Shown here piece by piece: positions 10,695-21,559 of a DNA stretch of 32,000 nucleotides. Within the stretch, counting starts at the first letter, position 1. Every line of letters starts with the position of its first letter. The stretch is from contig NC_007335.2 of NCBI RefSeq assembly GCF_000012465.1, forward strand, positions 1,260,001 to 1,292,000, in the 5' to 3' direction. The position numbers were made by a program, and so were the translations under genes. The notes under the pieces are model-generated. The model had not been told where the DNA came from. It did not search any database and saw only the letters and a list, made by a program, of their open reading frames with translations. This DNA is from Prochlorococcus marinus str. NATL2A. GTDB taxonomy: Bacteria > Cyanobacteriota > Cyanobacteriia > PCC-6307 > Cyanobiaceae.

Positions 10695-10964
10695 CTATCT
10701 TTTCCTGGGCCCTCCTGGTCTATTGCCACCTTGCCTTCCTCCTCCAGGTCCTACGTTTCTTTCTCTATATGTAATACGACCACGTGTTAAATCATAGGGG
10801 CTGATTTCAACAAGAACCTTATCTCCTGCAAGCAATTTTATTCTGAATTTTGTTAATTTTCCTGCGGCCCTACACAAGCATTGATGTCCAGCGGGCTGTT
10901 CAAGAGTTACAAGATAAAATCCATTGCCTTGTTCTTTTTCAATAACGCCGGATGTTTCAATCAT
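10695..10964 (-). CDS. IF-1-like S1/OB-fold protein with Gly/Arg-rich C-terminal tail
   Basis: '[29 protein letters not shown]'-type core, as in InfA, followed by '[20 protein letters not shown]'. It is not in a ribosomal-protein cluster, so it is probably a paralog rather than the canonical infA. Confidence 0.75.
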   Translation of the reverse strand: [89 protein letters not shown]

Positions 10965-11038
10965 GTGGTTTTTTTCATCACTAATTAACTAAAATTATTG
11001 TATTCTAAAAAGTCTTTAATTAACCAATAAATGTATAT

Positions 11039-11254
11039 TTAACTAAAAATGTCTTGCAACTCTCGAGCAGTTTGAAATTGTCCATAATAATAATTCGCAG
11101 AAGCTCTTAAGCCTGCATCAGCTAAACCATCAAAAGCTTCAAAACCAATACTTTTCCATAATTCATTTCCACATAACTTATCCAGTTCCGAAGACGCTTC
11201 TTTAGATAGATTTTCTAATCTCCTATTAAGGTTCTTAATTTGACTAATAGACAT
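11039..11254 (-). CDS. small hypothetical protein
   Basis: A 71-aa ORF with an ATG start, fitting compactly between flanking genes. No recognised motif. Confidence 0.5.
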   Translation of the reverse strand: MSISQIKNLNRRLENLSKEASSELDKLCGNELWKSIGFEAFDGLADAGLRASANYYYGQFQTARELQDIFS

Positions 11255-11306
11255 CGCAAAAATTGGTTTCCCTAATAGTACATACTAACTATTTATTTGC
11301 AATAGC

Positions 11307-12281
11307 TTAAATTGGGAATTTCTTTTTCTCTTCAATATCAAGATCAACTCCTATATCTTTAAGCCTTTTCAATATGACTCCGTAATACTCTTTTATATAA
11401 CCCTCCATTGTTGTTGTATCGGCTGGATTTAACCCAAAAGCCGTATAAGTATCTTCCATCGGAGCATCCAACTTTCCTCCACTACCGCTCAATTCAGAGA
11501 AAGAGAGCCTCTCTGCAACATTCAACGTTGGTTCGAAAAACGATACAACTGATTGAGCAATAGAAATTATTGTTGGGGAAACTTTTAATACTCTTGCTCT
11601 TTTTTCACTGAACTTTTCACATAAATCAACTAAGCCTTTAGCACTCCATGCTTTCGGTCCAACTATTGGGAATCTTCCTTTTATGGTTTGAGGCCTATCT
11701 AAGGCTGCAACAGCAAATCGAGCAATATCCTGCGTATTCATATAAGCAATATCAGTAGGATTCCCACTTATCCAAACTGGTTCATTATTTAAGATAGGAA
11801 TAGCGAATTGACCTATGGCTCCTTGCATGAAAGCAACACCTTGCAAAATGGTGTAGTCCAAAGAAGAACTGACCAACAATTCTTCAGTACAATATTTGAT
11901 ATCCATTAATGGAATTTCTCTATATTTTTCTGCCGCTAACAAAGATAAAAAGACTACTCTTTTTACATTTTTTTCTTCACAAGCGTTAAATAGATTTAAT
12001 TTTCCATCCCAATCAGTTTCGTAGACGCTGCGAGGATCATCAGGTCTACTTGTTGCTGCATCAATAACAGCATCAATGCCATCAAGTGCATACTCAATAT
12101 CTTCTTTATTTAATAAATTGCCACGAGTCAACTCACATCCCCACTCCTGAAGGAATGAGGCAGCTTTTGGTTTTCTAACCATGCAGCGCACTTTATGCCC
12201 TGCATCTATGGCGTTTTTGGCTATTTGGCGACCAAGAGTTCCTGTGCCACCAATCACCAGAACTTGCATAGTTGAATTCAT
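11307..12281 (-). CDS. ycf39: NmrA-like/atypical SDR, Ycf39-like
   Basis: 'VIGGTGTLGRQI' Rossmann motif at the N-terminus and the cyanobacterial Ycf39-like length. An alternative ATG at 12269 (MQVLVIGG...) is equally plausible. Confidence 0.75.
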   Translation of the reverse strand: MNSTMQVLVIGGTGTLGRQIAKNAIDAGHKVRCMVRKPKAASFLQEWGCELTRGNLLNKEDIEYALDGIDAVIDAATSRPDDPRSVYETDWDGKLNLFNACEEKNVKRVVFLSLLAAEKYREIPLMDIKYCTEELLVSSSLDYTILQGVAFMQGAIGQFAIPILNNEPVWISGNPTDIAYMNTQDIARFAVAALDRPQTIKGRFPIVGPKAWSAKGLVDLCEKFSEKRARVLKVSPTIISIAQSVVSFFEPTLNVAERLSFSELSGSGGKLDAPMEDTYTAFGLNPADTTTMEGYIKEYYGVILKRLKDIGVDLDIEEKKKFPI

Positions 12282-12324
12282 TACAAGAGTCGAGCTTAAA
12301 TGGGCAAACTATGGATTGTGGAAA

Positions 12325-12423
12325 TTAATCACCTTGAAGTTTCAATAGAAGGACTCCTCCTAAAAGTCCAACGGGAATCAAAACCCAAAAGACTGCAGCG
12401 ATTCCAAAAATTTCTGATGCCAT
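12325..12423 (-). CDS. petM: cytochrome b6-f complex subunit 7 (PetM)
   Basis: Not in the ORF track (32 aa). Hand translation of the minus strand gives [32 protein letters not shown], a single TM helix with the PetM-type '...KLQG' ending. Confidence 0.85.
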   Translation of the reverse strand: MASEIFGIAAVFWVLIPVGLLGGVLLLKLQGD

Positions 12424-12566
12424 TCAGATAACTTAACTCATTTACTATTAAAACCTAAAGACCTTACATTCAGTCCACAATCCAAAGGCATGAGCAAATT
12501 TTTAAAATAAACTTAAAATGAAACTACTAATGATAAAAAACAAAGTTAAATTGATTCTTGATCTAA

Positions 12567-13538
12567 ATGCAGCAAAATATTCATAATAAAGAACCTTTAA
12601 TGGGATCTCCTCATTGGGGTGAGTCTAAGTATTGGAGCTACAAAGATCTTAGGGTTCACTTCAGAGTGACTGGAGAGGAATCTAATCCTCCCATTGTTCT
12701 AATTCATGGGTTTGGAGCAAGCAGCGATCACTGGAGAAATAATGCAGAAATATTTGCATCAGAAGGTTTTAGGGTCTTCGGAATAGATTTAATAGGTTTT
12801 GGAAAATCAGAGCAAAATCTTCAAAGTAAAAGAAAGCATTTAGATAATCAATTTTGGGCAAATCAATTAGCTTCTTTTCTTGATGAAATTGTTGACATTC
12901 AAAAGAACGGAAAAGTTATATTAATTGGAAATTCATTGGGAGCTTTAACAGCAATCACAACTCTCTCTAATAGACCAGAGTTAATAAAAACAATAATTGC
13001 AGCACCACTACCAGAGCCAGTTTTTGTTAATCCAATTAAATTTTCTTTTCCAAATTGGCTTTTAAAAGTTAAAAGTTTTCTGATAAAAATTGTTTTTCAT
13101 TTATTTCCACTTAAGACATTAGTAAATTTGATATCAAGAACAAAATTAATTACTTTTGCTCTTCAAAGCGCCTATTTTCGCTCAATTTTAAATGATACTC
13201 CTCTAAAAAGGATAGTTACAGTCCCAGCCCAGAGAGTCAACGCATCCAAAGCTCTAAGATCTATGTGCATTGGAATGAGCAATAGACCAAATTTGGCAAA
13301 AGGTCCATCTATTATTGAGAAGATTCAAAACCTGCCAAATCGTCCCCCAATTTTATTAATTTGGGGAAAACAGGATAAATTGATACCTATATTTTTAGGA
13401 AAAAAACTAATAAAGCTCCATCCTTGGCTTAAATTAACCGTAGTTGACGAAGCAGGCCATTGTCCCCACGATGAATTACCGAAACATTTCAATCAAATTG
13501 TTATGAAATGGCTGAAGAACTTAAAAACTTCTAAGTAA
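12567..13538 (+). CDS. alpha/beta-fold hydrolase
   Basis: 'LIHGFGAS' and nucleophile elbow 'GNSLGA', with a C-terminal 'AGHCPHDE'. The start may be the internal ATG near 12600. Confidence 0.75.
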   Translation: MQQNIHNKEPLMGSPHWGESKYWSYKDLRVHFRVTGEESNPPIVLIHGFGASSDHWRNNAEIFASEGFRVFGIDLIGFGKSEQNLQSKRKHLDNQFWANQLASFLDEIVDIQKNGKVILIGNSLGALTAITTLSNRPELIKTIIAAPLPEPVFVNPIKFSFPNWLLKVKSFLIKIVFHLFPLKTLVNLISRTKLITFALQSAYFRSILNDTPLKRIVTVPAQRVNASKALRSMCIGMSNRPNLAKGPSIIEKIQNLPNRPPILLIWGKQDKLIPIFLGKKLIKLHPWLKLTVVDEAGHCPHDELPKHFNQIVMKWLKNLKTSK

Positions 13539-13543
13539 AAAAT

Positions 13544-14047
13544 ATGAAGCACACACTTTCAGTTTTAGTTGAAGATGAATCTGGAGCACTAAGCAGGATT
13601 GCAGGCCTTTTTGCAAGAAGAGGATTTAATATTGATAGCTTGGCTGTTGGTCCTGCAGAAGCCAAAGGGATATCTAGATTAACAATGGTCGTTCAAGGAG
13701 ATGAATCGACGCTTCAACAAATGACCAAACAACTAAACAAATTAATCAATGTTTTAGAAGTTCTCGATTTGACAACTTTACCAGCTGTAGAGAGAGAGTT
13801 GATGCTCTTGAAAGTCTCTGCTTCATCTGAAAACAGAGGGAAAATATTAGATCTTGTTCAAGTTTTCAGAGCAAAAGTTGTAGATGTTTCGGATAGTGCT
13901 TTGACACTTGAAGTAGTTGGTGATCCAGGCAAACTTGTTGCTCTGGAAAATTTATTGAAGCCTTATGGAATTTTAGAAATTGCTCGGACAGGGAAAGTTG
14001 CTCTTAAGAGGGCCTCAGGTGTAAATACAGAAATGTTAAAAACCTAA
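13544..14047 (+). CDS. ilvH: acetolactate synthase small (regulatory) subunit
   Basis: '[34 protein letters not shown]' is the typical ACT-domain N-terminus of IlvH/IlvN. Confidence 0.92.
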   Translation: MKHTLSVLVEDESGALSRIAGLFARRGFNIDSLAVGPAEAKGISRLTMVVQGDESTLQQMTKQLNKLINVLEVLDLTTLPAVERELMLLKVSASSENRGKILDLVQVFRAKVVDVSDSALTLEVVGDPGKLVALENLLKPYGILEIARTGKVALKRASGVNTEMLKT

Positions 14048-14063
14048 AAAATAATATTTTTCT

Positions 14064-14774
14064 TCAAGAGTCAACTCTTTTAGCTTCAATTATAAAATCT
14101 TCTTCTTGAATTAAATCAACTATATTCATACCACTAATCACTTTTCCAAAAACAGCGTACCTTCCATCAAGTTCAGGTAAAGATTTTAGTAAAATATAAA
14201 ATTGCAAACTTGCTGAATTTAATGCTTTAGATCTTGCCATAGATAAATATGATCTTTTATGCTTAAGTTCAATATTATTTACTTGACTAGGTTCATCTAT
14301 TTCTTTTCCATATATTGGTAAATTGCTTGTCTTTAATTTTATTTCCAAGGGAATATATCTTTTGTCTTTTATTTTAGTATCTATAGACTTATTTTGATTT
14401 CCTATTGAAGTATTGTCTCCACCTCTAATAATAAAAGGGTAGGGTTTTTTAATAACCCTGTTAAAAATTGTTTTATTATAAGAACCTTTTTCGATAAAAT
14501 CTATAAAGTTTCCAACAGTTATTGGGGCCAATTCACCATACAACTCTAACTTTATATTGCCTTTATTAGTAATAAACAATACATATTCATTTGAATCTAT
14601 GCAGGGGAGTTTTGTCGTAGAGCATATATTTATATCTTCGTTTTTATTTATATTTGAACATCCCGAAATCAAAAACAAATTGACAAATAGAAAAATATAA
14701 ACCGGTTGAAAAAATCTATAAGATAAAATTGAATTATTTGAAAGATTAGTAATTTTATTATTAAATTCCTTCAA
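14064..14774 (-). CDS. cyclophilin-type peptidyl-prolyl isomerase, probable lipoprotein
   Basis: Cyclophilin motifs ('FNRVIK', 'SMAR', '[11 protein letters not shown]') and a lipobox-like 'LISGC' after a hydrophobic N-terminus. The start codon at 14774 is TTG and overlaps the ycf4 3' end, so the start is uncertain. Confidence 0.85.
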   Translation of the reverse strand: MKEFNNKITNLSNNSILSYRFFQPVYIFLFVNLFLISGCSNINKNEDINICSTTKLPCIDSNEYVLFITNKGNIKLELYGELAPITVGNFIDFIEKGSYNKTIFNRVIKKPYPFIIRGGDNTSIGNQNKSIDTKIKDKRYIPLEIKLKTSNLPIYGKEIDEPSQVNNIELKHKRSYLSMARSKALNSASLQFYILLKSLPELDGRYAVFGKVISGMNIVDLIQEEDFIIEAKRVDS

Positions 14775-15336
14775 GGTTAACCTCTAAAAATCTCGCAATT
14801 TCAGCCCCCTCATTCTCTAAATCCAATAATGGCTGAGGAGATCCAACTCGAGATATAGGTAAATCCTTCCTACCTTTAATCCTCAAAGATACTCTTCTTA
14901 GTGGATTAAAACCCTCTCTTACCTCTAATTTCACAGCTTTAATCTCATCAATGGGGATTTCTATTTCTATATTTTTGAATAAACCTCTCCGAGATAAAGA
15001 TAAAACTCCTTTATTTTTATCAAATCTATTTACGCCAGAACCATAATCAATATTTATTAGTCTCCAAAAATAAATAGCCAGCAAGAAAGCCGCTACACCG
15101 TATAGCCCCATAACCAAGCCTTGAGGAACAAAAATCAGGGTCGAAGGGTTTCCTAGTGGTAAAAAATCTCTTCCAAAATAACTAGAGAATGAAGCCAACA
15201 AAAATCCAACACCTCCGATACTTAGCATCGAAGCAACAAGATAGTTCGAAACCTTACGCGAACCTTTAATTTTCTGTTCTAAAACCAAACCAGATAGCTC
15301 TTTTTCTGATTGGCTTAACTTTGATTCAGATGACAT
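14761..15336 (-). CDS. ycf4: photosystem I assembly protein Ycf4
   Basis: Two N-terminal TM helices followed by a conserved soluble domain. Length and sequence are typical of Ycf4, and it lies upstream of and divergent from psbD. Confidence 0.9.
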   Translation of the reverse strand: MSSESKLSQSEKELSGLVLEQKIKGSRKVSNYLVASMLSIGGVGFLLASFSSYFGRDFLPLGNPSTLIFVPQGLVMGLYGVAAFLLAIYFWRLINIDYGSGVNRFDKNKGVLSLSRRGLFKNIEIEIPIDEIKAVKLEVREGFNPLRRVSLRIKGRKDLPISRVGSPQPLLDLENEGAEIARFLEVNLEGI

Positions 15337-15536
15337 AATCTAATGAAATTGGGAAGCACATCCCTTTCAAAACATTATAGAGACTAAGTTTTTGACAATT
15401 AATAAGTAGAAATAAAAAAAATTGATTTTATCTCATTTCAATACAAGGGATTTCATCAAGTTAAAGATTTACCCACAAACCCCGTCATCGTTGTTAAAGT
15501 CCTCGACGTATACAAAAGCTCAGCAACGCTCCTCCC

Positions 15537-16613
15537 ATGACGATCGCTGTTGGAAGCGCAACAGAACGAGGTTGGTTTGACGCCCTCGATGACTGGTTAA
15601 AGCGCGACCGATTCGTATTTGTTGGTTGGTCTGGACTACTACTCTTCCCTACGGCTTTCCTAGCTATTGGTGGATGGTTTACAGGTACAACCTTCGTTTC
15701 TTCCTGGTACACCCATGGTGTAGCCAGTTCTTACCTTGAGGGATGCAATTTCCTCACAGCCGCTGTTAGTACTCCTGGCGATGCCATGGGTCACAGTCTT
15801 CTATTCCTTTGGGGACCAGAAGCTCAGGGCGATTTAACACGTTGGTTCCAACTTGGTGGCCTTTGGAATTTCGTTGCTCTTCACGGCGCGTTTAGTCTTA
15901 TCGGCTTCATGCTTCGTCAATTCGAAATTGCCAGACTAGTTGGTATCCGTCCATATAACGCACTTGCTTTCTCAGCAGTTATTGCAGTATTTACTGCTTG
16001 CTTCCTTATCTATCCATTAGGACAGCACAGTTGGTTCTTCGCTCCTTCTTTTGGAGTTGCAGCAATATTCCGTTTCATCCTCTTCATTCAAGGATTTCAC
16101 AACATTACGCTTAACCCATTCCACATGATGGGAGTAGCAGGAATTCTTGGTGGTGCTCTTCTTTGTGCTATTCACGGTGCAACAGTTCAGAACACTCTTT
16201 ATGAAGATTCAAGTCAGTACTCTGAAGGTAAAGCTCAGAGTTCTACTTTCAGAGGTTTCGATCCAGTTCAAGAAGAAGAAACTTACTCATTTATTACAGC
16301 AAACCGTTTCTGGAGTCAGATTTTCGGAATTGCTTTCTCAAATAAGCGTTTCCTCCACTTCTTGATGCTCTTCGTACCAGTAACAGGTATGTGGGCTGCA
16401 TCAATTGGAATCGTTGGATTAGCTCTAAACCTTCGTGCTTACGACTTTGTTAGCCAAGAAATCAGAGCTGCTGAAGATCCTGAATTCGAAACTTTCTACA
16501 CAAAAAATATCCTTCTTAATGAAGGTATGCGTGCATGGATGTCTTCTGTAGACCAACCACACGAAAACTTTGTATTCCCTGAGGAGGTACTCCCACGTGG
16601 AAACGCCCTTTAA
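15537..16613 (+). CDS. psbD: photosystem II D2 protein
   Basis: Unmistakable D2 sequence ('[25 protein letters not shown]', 'EVLPRGNAL' C-terminus). At 358 aa it is longer than the 352 aa I recall for the canonical protein. Confidence 0.98.
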   Translation: MTIAVGSATERGWFDALDDWLKRDRFVFVGWSGLLLFPTAFLAIGGWFTGTTFVSSWYTHGVASSYLEGCNFLTAAVSTPGDAMGHSLLFLWGPEAQGDLTRWFQLGGLWNFVALHGAFSLIGFMLRQFEIARLVGIRPYNALAFSAVIAVFTACFLIYPLGQHSWFFAPSFGVAAIFRFILFIQGFHNITLNPFHMMGVAGILGGALLCAIHGATVQNTLYEDSSQYSEGKAQSSTFRGFDPVQEEETYSFITANRFWSQIFGIAFSNKRFLHFLMLFVPVTGMWAASIGIVGLALNLRAYDFVSQEIRAAEDPEFETFYTKNILLNEGMRAWMSSVDQPHENFVFPEEVLPRGNAL

Positions 16614-17979
16614 TAGTTTACTCAAAGCTCCTAATCAAAGTCTTGAAGAGACTGGTTACGCCTGGTATGTAGGAAATGCAAGGCTAATCAATCTTTCAGG
16701 AAGACTTTTAGGCGCTCACATTGCTCACGCAGGACTAATTGTGTTCTGGGCAGGCGCGATGATGCTTTTCGAAGTAAGTCACTTCACCATGGATAAACCC
16801 ATGTGGGAACAAGGCTTAATTTGTATGCCTCACGTAGCCATGTTTGGATACGGCATTGGTCCAGGTGGAGAAGTCACGGATGTATGGCCTTTCTTCATTG
16901 CTGGTGTTATTCACCTAGTTGCATCTGGAATCCTTGGCTTTGGTGGTGTTTTTCACTCCCTTGCAGGCCCAGAGAAACTTGAAGAAGATTTCCCATTCTT
17001 CTCTACTGACTGGAGAGATAAAAACCAAATGACCAATATTCTTGGTTTTCATTTGGTTGTTCTTGGTGTTGGAGCTCTTCTATGGTCCATTAACTGGATG
17101 TACATAGGTGGTGCATACGACACTTGGGCTCCAGGTGGAGGAGAAGTTAGGTTGATCAACCCAACACTCGATCCAAGAATTATTTTTGGATATCTGCTAT
17201 CAACCCCATGGGGTGGTGGTGGTTGGATGGTTGGTGTTAACTCAATGGAAGATATTGTCGGAGGACATGTTTACCTGGGAGTGATTGAAATAATTGGTGG
17301 TCTTTTCCATATCTTCACTCAGCCTTACGGGTGGGCAAGAAGAGCCTTTATCTGGAACGGTGAAGGTCTTCTAAGTTATGCGTTAGGTGGAATCTGTGTC
17401 GCAAGTTTTGTTGCCTCATGTTTCATCTGGTTTAACAACACTGCCTATCCATCTGAGTTCTACGGTCCAACAAACGCTGAAGCTTCTCAGGCCCAAAGTT
17501 TTACATTCCTAGTTCGTGACCAACGAATTGGAGCAAATGTAGGTTCAACAATGGGTCCGACTGGTTTAGGTAAATACCTAATGCGTTCTCCTACAGGTGA
17601 AATCATCTTTGGTGGAGAGACTATGCGTTTTTGGGATTTCCGAGGACCTTGGCTTGAGCCTCTTAGAGGACCAAATGGTCTCAGCCTTGAGAAGATTCAA
17701 AATGATATTCAGCCTTGGCAAGTTCGCCGCGCTGCTGAATACATGACACATGCTCCAAACGCTTCTATCAACTCAGTTGGTGGAATCATTACTGAGCCCA
17801 ATGCTGTTAACTTTGTTAACTTGCGTCAATGGCTAGCAGGTGCTCAATTCTTCCTTGGTTGGTTTACTTTTGTAGGTCATCTTTGGCATGCCGGTCGTGC
17901 GAGAGCCGCTGCGGCTGGATTTGAAAAAGGTATCAGTCGTTCACAAGAGCCTGCTCTTTCAATGCCTGATCTAGATTAG
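16597..17979 (+). CDS. psbC: photosystem II CP43 chlorophyll apoprotein
   Basis: Unmistakable CP43 ('[10 protein letters not shown]', '[23 protein letters not shown]', '[19 protein letters not shown]'). Probable GTG start at 16597 (VETPFN...), preceded by GAGGAGG (16581-16587) inside the psbD 3' end. This is the classic psbD-psbC overlap. Confidence 0.97.
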   Translation: METPFNSLLKAPNQSLEETGYAWYVGNARLINLSGRLLGAHIAHAGLIVFWAGAMMLFEVSHFTMDKPMWEQGLICMPHVAMFGYGIGPGGEVTDVWPFFIAGVIHLVASGILGFGGVFHSLAGPEKLEEDFPFFSTDWRDKNQMTNILGFHLVVLGVGALLWSINWMYIGGAYDTWAPGGGEVRLINPTLDPRIIFGYLLSTPWGGGGWMVGVNSMEDIVGGHVYLGVIEIIGGLFHIFTQPYGWARRAFIWNGEGLLSYALGGICVASFVASCFIWFNNTAYPSEFYGPTNAEASQAQSFTFLVRDQRIGANVGSTMGPTGLGKYLMRSPTGEIIFGGETMRFWDFRGPWLEPLRGPNGLSLEKIQNDIQPWQVRRAAEYMTHAPNASINSVGGIITEPNAVNFVNLRQWLAGAQFFLGWFTFVGHLWHAGRARAAAAGFEKGISRSQEPALSMPDLD

Positions 17980-17993
17980 ATCTCTCAATAAAT

Positions 17994-18025
17994 AAAAAAA
18001 GCCCTCTAATAAGAGGGCTTTTTTT
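17994..18025. terminator. bidirectional rho-independent terminator between psbC and maf
   Basis: A-run, GCCCTC stem (18001-18006), 6-nt loop, GAGGGC (18013-18018), then T7. It is symmetric, so it can serve both convergent genes. Confidence 0.8.
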
Positions 18026-18055
18026 ATGGTTAAAAATATTTGACCTTAATATTAT

Positions 18056-18691
18056 TTATCTATCTAAAAGCAAGCGAGATAAACCAAATTTTTCTAAATT
18101 ATTTTTTAACCAAGGTAAGCTAAGACCAATAACATTGCTAAAACATCCATCTATTTTTTTAATAAAAAGTCCTCCATTTCCCTCAATGGCAAAGCCTCCT
18201 GCACAATTGTATGGTTCTGAAGTTGAAGCATATTTATTAATCTCAAAATTGGATAAATTCATAAATTCAATTCTTGTGCTCACAACTCCATCGCAACTAT
18301 TATTTTGTGAAATACTTTCCCTATCAGATTTTGAATTATCCAACGAAATCAAACAGTGACCAGTATGTAAAAAACCAGATTGACCAGACATCCTTTGCCA
18401 TCTAGATATCAATTGCTCTTTATCAATTGGCTTTTCGAAAATTTCCCCCTTAAACTCAAACAAAGAATCACAACCTAATAAAGCTTGATAAGTATTTAAG
18501 GCATGATTTTCTTCTATCAACTTTTTTAATGCACTGTCAGCTTTAGCCTTGGCTAATAATTTTACCTTCAAAATTGGATCTGGTTCCTGAAGCTGTGTCT
18601 CATCAAAATCACTTACAATAACTTTGTGTCTCAAAGCTATTTGATCAAGTAATTTTTGACGTGCTTTGGATGCAGAGGCAAGCACAAACAT
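18056..18691 (-). CDS. maf: Maf-like nucleoside-triphosphate pyrophosphatase
   Basis: 'FVLASASKARQKLL' N-terminus, with 'GCDS' and 'AGGFAIEG' Maf-family motifs. Confidence 0.9.
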   Translation of the reverse strand: MFVLASASKARQKLLDQIALRHKVIVSDFDETQLQEPDPILKVKLLAKAKADSALKKLIEENHALNTYQALLGCDSLFEFKGEIFEKPIDKEQLISRWQRMSGQSGFLHTGHCLISLDNSKSDRESISQNNSCDGVVSTRIEFMNLSNFEINKYASTSEPYNCAGGFAIEGNGGLFIKKIDGCFSNVIGLSLPWLKNNLEKFGLSRLLLDR

Positions 18692-18762
18692 AGAAAACTA
18701 AATTTTTTAATACTTACGATCATTATTGATCTTCTATTTAAAAAATAAATCCTTTTAATTAA

Positions 18763-19137
18763 ATGTTGCTGATTGACCAAAAAATCTTTATAAGAGCAAA
18801 GAAAGGGATTAGGAATTGTCCCTTTAACTTATTTCTTTTTCAAAGTCTTCAAAAAAAGAGTCTTAGTGCTCAAGATATTTTTGAAAATAAATCAAAATAT
18901 TTGAGAAAAGAATTTATGTTTATCAATAGTTCTTTATTCATAGAGAATGAATTTCTTAAGTTAATTAAAATTGGTGTATTAAGAAGGGAAGTTGATGGCC
19001 AAGGGCTTACTTCAAAAGTTCGTATTACACCAACAGGAAGAAAAGTACTAGAAAGCCATGCAGATTTATTTACTAAAAGATTATCGCTTATAAAAAAATT
19101 AATTAAATGCCTAAAGTATCAATTATCACCGAGATGA
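18763..19137 (+). CDS. hypothetical protein, translationally coupled to cobQ
   Basis: 124-aa ORF. Its TGA (19135-19137) overlaps the probable cobQ ATG (19134-19136) as ATGA. No domain recognised with confidence. Confidence 0.55.
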   Translation: MLLIDQKIFIRAKKGIRNCPFNLFLFQSLQKKSLSAQDIFENKSKYLRKEFMFINSSLFIENEFLKLIKIGVLRREVDGQGLTSKVRITPTGRKVLESHADLFTKRLSLIKKLIKCLKYQLSPR

Positions 19138-20648
19138 ACATAGATCTCAAAAGGACTCCACTAATGGTTTTAGGAACCTCAAGTGGCGCAGGTAAAACGC
19201 TCATAGCAACTGCTATTTGTCGATGCTTAAAAAGGAAAGGGGAACAGCCAATACCTTTTAAGGGCCAAAACATGAGCAATAACGCCTGGGTTGATACGAA
19301 GGGAAGAGAAATGGCATATTCTCAAGCCCTTCAATCCTGGTCTGCAGGCTTAGAACCAAGTGCTGAAATGAATCCTGTGCTTCTAAAGCCAAAAGGGGAT
19401 TGTACAAGTGAAGTAATTCATCTAGGCAAAAGTGTCGGCACTAGCAGAGCGATTAATTATTACGAAGACTGGTTCGATTCAGGCTGGGAGGCTATTAAAA
19501 AAGGCCTAGCAATATTATTAAAGAGTAAAACCGACGGAAGACTGATTCTTGAAGGGGCTGGAAGTCCCGTAGAGGTGAATTTGCAACATAAAGATCTTAC
19601 AAATTTGAAATTAGCAAAATATTTAAATGCGAATTGTATTTTAGTAGCAGATATTGAAAGAGGAGGCGTTTTTGCTCAAATCATTGGAACAATTGCGTTG
19701 ATGAAGCCTGATGAAAAAAAATTAATTAAAGGAATAATTATTAATAGGTTCAGAGGTGATAAAGCATTATTTGAAACAGGAGTTACATGGATAGAAAAAG
19801 AAACAGGAATCCCAGTTTTAGGAATATTACCTTGGCTAAAAGAGATTTTTCCACCTGAAGATTCCCTTGATTTACTTGAAAGAAAACAAATAAATCAAGG
19901 TGCAGAAATAGAAATTGCAATAATAAAATTACCTAGAATCAGCAATTTTTCTGATCTAGATCCTTTTTTTAGCGATTCAAGTATTCAAATGCGATGGATA
20001 GAGCCTGGCCAAGAGCTAGGGGAACCAGATGTATTAATAATTCCTGGAAGCAAACAAACAATTAAAGATTTAGAAAGTCTAAATAAAACTGGTTTGAGCA
20101 ATCAAATAAAAAATTATGCCAAAAAAGGGGGAAATATTTTTGGCATATGTGGAGGTTTACAAATGCTAGGAAAATCATTGGAAGACCCACATCAGCAGGA
20201 AAGTATTAATGAAACAAGTACATCTTCAAATATGGGGATGAATCTTCTTCCAATCAAAACAACTTTTAGAGAAATCAAGCACACCTCACAAAGAGAAGAA
20301 AAAGTTTCATGGCCATTTTCTCAGAATATAAAGGGGTTTGAAATGCATTACGGGGAAAGTGATTTGATCAATAATAAAGATTCCGAAATTATTTCTCTAT
20401 TTAAAAACAGTTCATTAGGGTGGGTAATAGAAAAAAAAGATAAAAGCTTTGTTGGAGGAACTTATTTACATGGAATTTTTGAAAATGATGAATGGCGAAG
20501 ACAATGGATCAATAAAATAAGACAGAAAAAGGGATTAAATCATTTAAAAATTGATGAAGAAAACAATAGTGATAAAAGAGAAAGATTATTAGATTTATTA
20601 ACTGATGCCTTCGAAAAAAATATAAATATAGATATTTTAATCAAATGA
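19134..20648 (+). CDS. cobQ: cobyric acid synthase
   Basis: 'MVLGTSSGAGKT' P-loop near the N-terminus and a C-terminal GATase-like region ('IPGSK', 'GICGGLQMLG'). I prefer the ATG at 19134 to 19107 because of the ATGA coupling. Confidence 0.92.
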   Translation: MNIDLKRTPLMVLGTSSGAGKTLIATAICRCLKRKGEQPIPFKGQNMSNNAWVDTKGREMAYSQALQSWSAGLEPSAEMNPVLLKPKGDCTSEVIHLGKSVGTSRAINYYEDWFDSGWEAIKKGLAILLKSKTDGRLILEGAGSPVEVNLQHKDLTNLKLAKYLNANCILVADIERGGVFAQIIGTIALMKPDEKKLIKGIIINRFRGDKALFETGVTWIEKETGIPVLGILPWLKEIFPPEDSLDLLERKQINQGAEIEIAIIKLPRISNFSDLDPFFSDSSIQMRWIEPGQELGEPDVLIIPGSKQTIKDLESLNKTGLSNQIKNYAKKGGNIFGICGGLQMLGKSLEDPHQQESINETSTSSNMGMNLLPIKTTFREIKHTSQREEKVSWPFSQNIKGFEMHYGESDLINNKDSEIISLFKNSSLGWVIEKKDKSFVGGTYLHGIFENDEWRRQWINKIRQKKGLNHLKIDEENNSDKRERLLDLLTDAFEKNINIDILIK

Positions 20649-20656
20649 TTTAAATA

Positions 20657-20890
20657 ATGAATACTGTGAAAATAAACTGGCCTAACAAGAAATCAAGCAA
20701 TTGCTCTCCTGGAGTTGATTGGTTAAAAGCTGCCTATGATGCTGATATCGAGATCCCTACTGGATGCCTAGGAGGAAGCTGTGGGGCTTGCGAAATAGAA
20801 GTTAATGGTGAAGTAGTCCGTGCATGTATTGCAACAGTTCCGGATAAAAAGGAACTAAATGTTGAATTTTTTAGTGATCCTTATTGGTGA
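20657..20890 (+). CDS. small 2Fe-2S ferredoxin-like protein
   Basis: Cys cluster 'CLGGSCGACEIEV...AC' (C-x4-C-x2-C plus a fourth Cys) in a 77-aa protein. Confidence 0.7.
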   Translation: MNTVKINWPNKKSSNCSPGVDWLKAAYDADIEIPTGCLGGSCGACEIEVNGEVVRACIATVPDKKELNVEFFSDPYW

Positions 20891-20917
20891 AAACAAATAA
20901 ATCCAATTTTTTGATAA

Positions 20918-21559
20918 TCAATAATATTTCTCTGCTCTTCTAATAGCTTTAATTGAACCTTTATAATCTCCTATTTTATACTTTGATTCACTAATAACCT
21001 CTAGTTTATTTATTACCTCCTCTTTTCTTTTCTCACTAATCACTTTTTTATAATCTGCAATTAAATCATATTTACTTTTTCGTATTTCTGAACCTTTAAT
21101 CAGAGCATTATATTTAGGTTCTAGATCCATTTTTTTAAATGTACCTAACAAAATATTTTTATAATCTATTTTAGTGTTATCTAAATCATTGGATTTATCA
21201 ATTTCCAATAATCTAATTTTTTTAGCTTTTCTTTTATCATCTATTGCTCCCTGATAATCTCCAGTTTTATATCTAGAGTTACTTCTACCACTAAATGAAA
21301 TGTCTTTAGACCTTTGTTTAATAATATCTATTTTAGATTCAAAAAAAATTGACTTTGAGAAGTCATCTATAGCAGATATATTTTCTCCTAACTTATCATT
21401 CAAGAAACCACAATTTAAATATGCTAAAGCAATATCATCTGGGTTTTCAAGACTATCAATATTCTTTTTAATGGAGTTAATGGCCCCATCATAATCATCT
21501 AAATCAATCAAATTAATTGCTTCATAATAAAAAGATGAAGGCTCTTCTGATTTTTCCAA
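20918..21559 (-). CDS. hypothetical protein with TPR-like internal repeats
   Basis: Very AT-rich 213-aa ORF. It carries three copies of a 'GDYxGAI/DYDGAI' motif ('DLDDYDGAINSIKKNI', 'YKTGDYQGAIDDKRKAKK', 'YKIGDYKGSIKAIRRAEK'). Confidence 0.5.
   Translation of the reverse strand: MEKSEEPSSFYYEAINLIDLDDYDGAINSIKKNIDSLENPDDIALAYLNCGFLNDKLGENISAIDDFSKSIFFESKIDIIKQRSKDISFSGRSNSRYKTGDYQGAIDDKRKAKKIRLLEIDKSNDLDNTKIDYKNILLGTFKKMDLEPKYNALIKGSEIRKSKYDLIADYKKVISEKRKEEVINKLEVISESKYKIGDYKGSIKAIRRAEKYY

Noticed and set aside
15392-15418. TTGACA (15392-15397) as the psbD -35 element
   Set aside because: The only downstream -10-like hexamer (TAAAAA) sits at a 15-nt spacing inside an A-run. Without 5'-end data this is not supportable.
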